A stretch of DNA of 49,103 nucleotides, taken from Thraustochytrium aureum (Eukaryota). The stretch is from positions 1-49,103 of the forward strand of contig BLSG01000402.1 of assembly GCA_012862495.1 (NCBI GenBank), written 5' to 3'. A program made the position numbers and the translations under genes. Below, in pieces: positions 44,717-49,103 of this stretch. Position 1 is the first letter of the stretch, and each line of letters opens with the position of its first letter. The notes beneath the pieces were generated by a model. The model saw only the letters and a program-made list of their open reading frames with translations, was not told where the DNA came from and made no database searches.

Positions 44717-45595
44717 CTACAACTTGCTCTTTGAGGCCTTGCCCGTAGAGCTAGCCTTTTTGCGGAAAGCAGAGGCCCCGTCAAAGTCGCGGATTGAAGC
44801 AAAGATGGTCTCGTTCTCCATCCGAAGCGCGTTGTCCAGGTCCTTGCGAAGGTGGGCGTTGAGCAGTTTTTTGGACAACATGATCTGCGCAGGAGGCTTG
44901 GCAGCAACCTTGGCAGCGAACTCGAGCGCCTTGGGCATGAGCTCTTCAGGTGCAAAAACGTCGTTGACTAAGCCGTGACCCTTCATGGTCTCTGCAGAGT
45001 ACCAGTCCGCCGAGAAGATGAACTGCTTGGCGAGCTGCGGACCCACAACGGCGGGAAGCACCAGCGAGCTGCCGAGCTCGGGCGTAAACCCAATGTCCAC
45101 AAAGGGCCACTTGAAGCGCGCCTCGGTGCTGCAGAAAACCACGTCAAAGTAGTTGCAGAGGGCGATGTTGGCGGCCCCGCCCACGGCGAGCCCGTTCACG
45201 GCGGCCACGAGCGGCTTGTTGGTGTCCCAAAACGCGCGCGTTTCGCGCACGAAGGCATTGTCGGTGGTCATGTTGGGCGCCATATCGCGCCGCGCGTACT
45301 CCTTGACGACCTCCTCCGGCACGTTGATGTCGAGGCTGCCCCTGAGCTGTGCCCCGCTTGAAAACGCGCGCCCCTGACCGGTCCACACGACCGCCTTGAT
45401 GTCTGGGCAGCGCCGTACGTGCTCGAGGACAACAAACATCTCCATGCGCTTGTTGGGCGACAGGCCGTTCAGATTCTCTGGCGTGGCGAACTCGACGATG
45501 GCCACGCCGTCTTCACGAAGGGTAAACGTCAGGTCAGTGAGCTCGTACGGTTGGGTCGACCCATCGTCACGGTACAGCGGGATCTGCCTCGCCAT
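44717..45595 (-). CDS. Crotonase-family enoyl-CoA isomerase/hydratase (ECI2-like), peroxisomal
   Basis: TGQGRAFSSG, KPLVAAVNGLAVGGAA, PFVDIGFTPELGSS; C-terminal PTS1 SKL. Confidence 0.88.
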   Translation of the reverse strand: MARQIPLYRDDGSTQPYELTDLTFTLREDGVAIVEFATPENLNGLSPNKRMEMFVVLEHVRRCPDIKAVVWTGQGRAFSSGAQLRGSLDINVPEEVVKEYARRDMAPNMTTDNAFVRETRAFWDTNKPLVAAVNGLAVGGAANIALCNYFDVVFCSTEARFKWPFVDIGFTPELGSSLVLPAVVGPQLAKQFIFSADWYSAETMKGHGLVNDVFAPEELMPKALEFAAKVAAKPPAQIMLSKKLLNAHLRKDLDNALRMENETIFASIRDFDGASAFRKKASSTGKASKSKL

Positions 45596-45836
45596 TTTCT
45601 TCTCTCTGCCCCTGTTGTCGCTCCTGGGCTCGCTCCGCTCTGCTCTGCTCTGGTCCGTTGGCGCTGTATCTCGTGTCTTGGTGGAGCAGCTTCGCGTTCG
45701 TAGCTGGTCTGCGAGGGGCCGCAGCTGGCATCGCGTGTTCGAGGGCGCAGTCCGACGCCAACTCATTCCGACCAACTCGAACAGCCCATGTCCCTGGTGG
45801 TGGGCGGACAGGTGGGCCATGTTGTTGTTGTGGAGA

Positions 45837-46038
45837 GGCGTCAATGGCGTGGCATCAATGGCGCGGCGTCAATGGCGTGGCATCAATGGCGTGGCATCAA
45901 TGGCGCGGCATCAATGGCGTGGGATCAATGGCGTGGCATCAATGGCGTGGCGTCAATGGCGTGGCATCAATGGCGCGGCATCAATGGCGTGGCATCAATG
46001 GCGCGGCATCAATGGCGTGGCATCAATGGCGTGGCATC
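45837..46038. repeat. 14-bp minisatellite (GGCATCAATGGCGY) x14
   Basis: Directly visible with minor variants. Confidence 0.95.
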
Positions 46039-46485
46039 GCACGAATGGAGTGGAGAACGAGTACTTCTCACACTTGGTGTTTGAATCCCCCGCGGGCGCA
46101 TTTGCAGGCGAGCCATGGTAAGTATGCTCTGCGTAGAGTGGTTCAGGTACTTACGTAGAGGCCAGGCTTCCGGAGAGGCCAGGAGGGCCCTGGCCCGGTC
46201 CAAGTCGGCAGATCATTGGCATGGCNNNNNNNNNNNNNNNNNNNNNNNNNNNNNNNNNNNNNNNNNNNNNNNNNNNNNNNNNNNNNNNNNNNNNNNNNNN
46301 NNNNNNNNNNNNNNNNNNNNNNNNNNNNNNNNNNNNNNNNNNNNNNNNNNNNNNNNNNNNNNNNNNNNNNNNNNNNNNNNNNNNNNNNNNNNNNNNNNNN
46401 NNNNNNNNNNNNNNNNNNNNNNNNNNNNNNNNNNNNNNNNNNNNNNNNTATAAAACGAGATCTACGTGCAGGGACGGCAGCACGC

Positions 46486-48081
46486 CTATGAGTCGCCCTC
46501 GGGGCTAACAGATTCCGCGTCCGCCTCCTCCGCCGCCTCACTCTCCTTCGGCCCACGTGGAGCCAGCGTGTGGTTTGGGAAGAGGATCTTGTGCTCGTTC
46601 AGCTGCGAGAAACCAAACTTGCCCTGGAAGGTGACGAGGATGCTGCCGCGCGGCGGTGTGTCCTCGGGCGAGATGGTCACCCACAGGTCGGGCAGCGCAT
46701 TTTTGAGGTTGACGCGCTGGCGCGAGATAGTCTTGGAAAACGTCGAGTGCAAGCTGCCGACAAAGTGCTTGGCGCGAACACACACGAGCTGCTCCACAAG
46801 GCCGAAGAGATCAAAGCGAACGGCGTCGCTGCGCAAGCCCTTGTGAAAGCGCAGCAGCCACTTTTGGATGGCCTCATTCTTAGCGAGGTCGCCCTGGAAG
46901 ACGATCTTGTGGAAAAACTTGCGCGCAGGCTTGAAGTAGCGGTCGCGCGGGTCGCCGTCCGTAGCGAGGTAGACTGGGGTCTCGGCGTCAAAGCCGGTTC
47001 CCCGCGCCTTGCGGAGGAAGACGGCCGCGTTGTGACTGGACTGGCCAAGCTTCTTTAGCTTGTCCCCGGTCCGCACGTGGATCGCGTTGAAGGGCACGCC
47101 CTCGCCGAAAAGCTCGTCCGAAATAGCACGGGAAAAGGCTCGCAAAAAGGGAGCGAAGCGGACCTGGCGACGCAAATTGGGCTCTTCCCACCGGTGCGTG
47201 AAAAACCGGCCGTGGATCCACAAGACCTCCTTGTCGCTCCCTTGCAGGCGAGCGTAGATTTCCTTGTGGTAAGTGAGGGAACCCTTGGTGAGCCCATCTT
47301 CATTGAGGTGAACGAGGTCCACTCGCGCGGACTTGAGCTGCACCTTGAACTTGTTGGGCTCATTGAGCGGCTCGCCCAAAACGTCGGCCACAAAAGAGCG
47401 AATTGTGACGTTGAGAGGCACCATGGCCACGCCGCTGGCAGACTCCATGTACTGGAGATCGAGGGACTGGTCCATTGGCACAAGCTCCTCCTGCGTCAGG
47501 TTGTAGTACCGCCAGTAAAAGTTGCGATGGCGCCCGTTCTGTGGAACAATCAACGTGCGGTTGAACTCGCGCGCGAGCTTCATTGCCGTCAAAAGGCAGA
47601 TCAGCTGGTTGTTGAAGCCTCCGCTCGGGGTGTAAAGAAAGTACCGTTGTCCAGGCACGATGACGTTGTACTCGCGCTCGCTGGACCGCGGGAGAGCCGG
47701 CGGGCCAGCCGTGTCCCGAGACGAGAGGAGCTCAAAGTCGGCAAGCTTTGCAAGCTCTTTAAATACGGCCTCGCCTGTTGGCCCATCGTCTGAAGAAGTC
47801 CCCGCGATCAAGACCTGTGCCAGCGCGAACGCAGCATCCACGGGACCGGTCGCCTCGAGAAGCTCCAGATCGCTCCTCAGCACAAGGAAGACCATCACAA
47901 CTATCATCACAATACCAGCAAGGCGGCGCTTTGGCTCCCAGAGTTCAAAGGGGTCCCTCGCCTCGGGCGGCGCCATCGTGATCGAAGCCTTGTCTGGAGA
48001 GGGCGGCGCGCTGACGTCTAGTCGGGAGTACGCCGTGCCACCGATTGAAGAGGGAGACCCGGTGGTGCTTCCGTTTCTCAT
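46486..48081 (-). CDS. Type II membrane GDP-fucose O-fucosyltransferase-like glycosyltransferase
   Basis: N-terminal TM (LAGIVMIVVMVFLVL), SGGFNNQL, FNAIHVRTGD, VYLATD, VEQLVCVRAKHFVGSLHSTFS. Confidence 0.85.
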   Translation of the reverse strand: MRNGSTTGSPSSIGGTAYSRLDVSAPPSPDKASITMAPPEARDPFELWEPKRRLAGIVMIVVMVFLVLRSDLELLEATGPVDAAFALAQVLIAGTSSDDGPTGEAVFKELAKLADFELLSSRDTAGPPALPRSSEREYNVIVPGQRYFLYTPSGGFNNQLICLLTAMKLAREFNRTLIVPQNGRHRNFYWRYYNLTQEELVPMDQSLDLQYMESASGVAMVPLNVTIRSFVADVLGEPLNEPNKFKVQLKSARVDLVHLNEDGLTKGSLTYHKEIYARLQGSDKEVLWIHGRFFTHRWEEPNLRRQVRFAPFLRAFSRAISDELFGEGVPFNAIHVRTGDKLKKLGQSSHNAAVFLRKARGTGFDAETPVYLATDGDPRDRYFKPARKFFHKIVFQGDLAKNEAIQKWLLRFHKGLRSDAVRFDLFGLVEQLVCVRAKHFVGSLHSTFSKTISRQRVNLKNALPDLWVTISPEDTPPRGSILVTFQGKFGFSQLNEHKILFPNHTLAPRGPKESEAAEEADAESVSPEGDS

Positions 48082-48672
48082 GACAGCCTCTGCGACCTTG
48101 TCCAAGCAAGCCCCAGGAATTGTGAGCCGACCGACCGACCAAGCCCCTCCTGGTCGCCAGTCTCACGTCGCTCGCGTTTTCGAGACAAGTCCTGAGGCAC
48201 GGTAGGGCAGGGCAAGGCGGGAAGCAGCTCACACGGCCGTCCGTCACCGTCACGCAGCCAAAGAAAGCTCTCTAGCTAGCTGGAGAGACAGTCGATGAGA
48301 AAAGCTCGGCTCGCCGCCTGGCGTTGCGCCCGCCCAGGCCGCGAGAGAGCAAAGCGGTCCGCAGTCCAGCGCGCGGCAGGACTGGGCTTCCGGGCTCCAA
48401 CTTTGTCCTGGGCGCGTGAGGACGCAGGTCCGTTCGCACTGCGCGAGCCGGGAAGCCAAGGCGGCTCTGTCGTGCTTGTCGGGAGGCAGTCAGGTCAACT
48501 TGGGGAACAAGTAAGGCAGCGACCTCCGATAGCGCGGTAGAAAACAAAAGGGCTTGCGAGCATGCAGTTGTTCCACAATTACCCCGACGAGCTCGGAAGT
48601 AAGTGTGGACGGACAGTGGAGCCGACTCTGCTTGGCGCTCGATGCCTTCGGTGCACCCCGAGTCCCCGGCGC

Positions 48673-49071
48673 CTACTCAGCGGCATCGTTGTCGGTTTTG
48701 GCACGCTTCTCAGGCGCCAGCGGCTCTGCTTCCGCGCAGACTCGGTCGATGTCGGCCCAGAAATACGGGTACGTCTTGGCCGTGCAAGCGGGGTCAGTGA
48801 TGGTCACACCTGGCACGGCCTTGCCGAGAATGGCAAAGCTCATGGCCATGCGGTGGTCGGCGTAGCAGTGGATCTCCGCGGGCGTCACAGGCAGGACCGG
48901 GGTGATCTTCATCCAGTCGTCGCCGTGCTCCACCTTTTGGCCAAGGCGCTCCAGCTCGGCCACAGTGGCGGCGAGGCGGTCGGTCTCTTTGATGCGGATG
49001 TTGGCCACGTTCTTGATGGTGACGGGGCCCTTGCAGAGCGGCGCGATCGCGGCGAGGCTCATGACCGTGTC
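48673..49071 (-). CDS. aroA: EPSP synthase, last exon (gene continues beyond window)
   Basis: NVANIRIKETDRLAA..ELERLG..YADHRMAMSFA..DPACTAKTYPYFW; likely acceptor GCTCGCAG ending at 49072. Confidence 0.92.
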   Translation of the reverse strand, partial: DTVMSLAAIAPLCKGPVTIKNVANIRIKETDRLAATVAELERLGQKVEHGDDWMKITPVLPVTPAEIHCYADHRMAMSFAILGKAVPGVTITDPACTAKTYPYFWADIDRVCAEAEPLAPEKRAKTDNDAAE

Positions 49072-49103
49072 CTGCGAGCCGCCGCGCATGGGTGGAGGGA
49101 GGG

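Noticed and set aside
45837..46038. CRISPR-like array
   Set aside because: Contiguous 14-bp units with no unique spacers and no cas genes; it is a minisatellite

Overview
GC-rich, gene-dense, intron-poor eukaryotic genomic scaffold with 7 N-gaps. Gene content (WRKY19-like Zn-finger protein, NDK/adenylate kinase fusion, EPSP synthase) fits a flagellated protist such as a heterotrophic stramenopile; this is inference only. Recognisable genes in order: OSCA/TMEM63 channel, DSP-fold pseudophosphatase, AGC kinase, PH-J-PH protein, WRKY19-like Zn-finger protein, a hypothetical spliced gene, NDK/Dpy-30/adenylate kinase multidomain protein, QCR9, Gemin2, Sas10/Utp3, tRNA-Leu(UAG), Tim22, MazG-like NTP pyrophosphatase, a ~2,550-2,600 aa four-repeat (CNGK-like) K+ channel with a C-terminal RGS domain, HutF, peroxisomal crotonase-family enzyme, O-fucosyltransferase-like protein and the 3' end of aroA. 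The stand-out is the single-chain pseudo-tetrameric K+ channel with four degenerate cyclic-nucleotide-binding domains fused to an RGS domain. Several frame breaks sit in short homopolymers and are probably sequencing errors. All domain calls are by motif recognition; no searches were run.
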